From the IMG/VR virus record IMGVR_UViG_3300043775_002819: a DNA stretch of 64,000 nucleotides; one strand, given 5' to 3'. The stretch is from an uncultured virus (IMG/VR IMGVR_UViG_3300043775_002819) (lineage: Duplodnaviria > Heunggongvirae > Uroviricota > Caudoviricetes). Each line of letters starts with the position of its first letter. Position 1 is the first letter of the stretch. This document shows, piece after piece, positions 63,722 through 64,000 of this stretch. The notes under the pieces are model-generated. The model was not told where the DNA came from. It saw only the letters and a list, made by a program, of their open reading frames with translations, and did not search any database. The translations under genes were made by a program, and so were the position numbers.

Positions 63722-64000
63722 TACCCAAACATTTTATATTCTCTTTCTCGTCTTGTTTTCAAACCAGGGTATTCGTTAAACATGTGAGAACTTGTGTTTA
63801 GTATTTCCTTTTTTGCCCCTTCCAAATCACCTCGTTTAACATATTGGATAAAATCGGATGTTCTAATACCAGGTCCCATGTTGTATGCCATAGACACCAT
63901 TGCATCATACATACTTTGAGTTATTGGTGGCGTAATTCCTTGTTCTTCCCACTGATCTAGTATTCTATTGATAATACTTTCTGCCTCTTTAATATCGTCT
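63721..64000 (-). CDS. phage lysozyme (GH24-like), 5'-truncated by the window edge
   Basis: YDAMVSMAYNMG...GLKTRREREY. Confidence 0.75.
   Translation of the reverse strand, partial: DDIKEAESIINRILDQWEEQGITPPITQSMYDAMVSMAYNMGPGIRTSDFIQYVKRGDLEGAKKEILNTSSHMFNEYPGLKTRREREYKMFG

Noticed and set aside
1..64000. Stop-codon reassignment as in some jumbo phages
   Set aside because: Conserved genes are full-length in the standard code and no CTA/TCA suppressor tRNA was found

Overview
This looks like an AT-rich segment of a jumbo phage infecting Bacteroidota, probably aquatic Flavobacteria. The host is inferred from TAnnTTTG/TTTG promoters, SD-less A-rich starts and T9SS-sorted cargo genes; the genetic code is standard. 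The left third is an RNA-gene island: tmRNA, a ~890-nt GOLLD-like ncRNA, about 27 tRNAs, several tRNA-like RNAs with replaced anticodon arms, closed-stem ncRNA cassettes, boxA-like elements and two homing-type endonucleases. Two features stand out. (1) Two unannotated leader-peptide/terminator attenuators (14697-14765 and 17805-17909) have amino-acid and codon content that mirrors the tRNA operons downstream of them, suggesting a ribosome-based sensor of tRNA depletion. (2) An integron-like attC cassette array (7393-9557) has matching R''/R' ends, antisense-oriented genes and no integrase in the window. The rest holds many putative capsid-internal proteins with shared N-terminal leaders, T9SS adhesin-like genes, DNA repair genes (DenV-like, UmuDC, UvrC-like), an R-M-like pair flanked by direct repeats, lysis-related genes and an origin-like non-coding region around two HNH genes. 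All calls come from reading the sequence by eye; no searches or folding were run.
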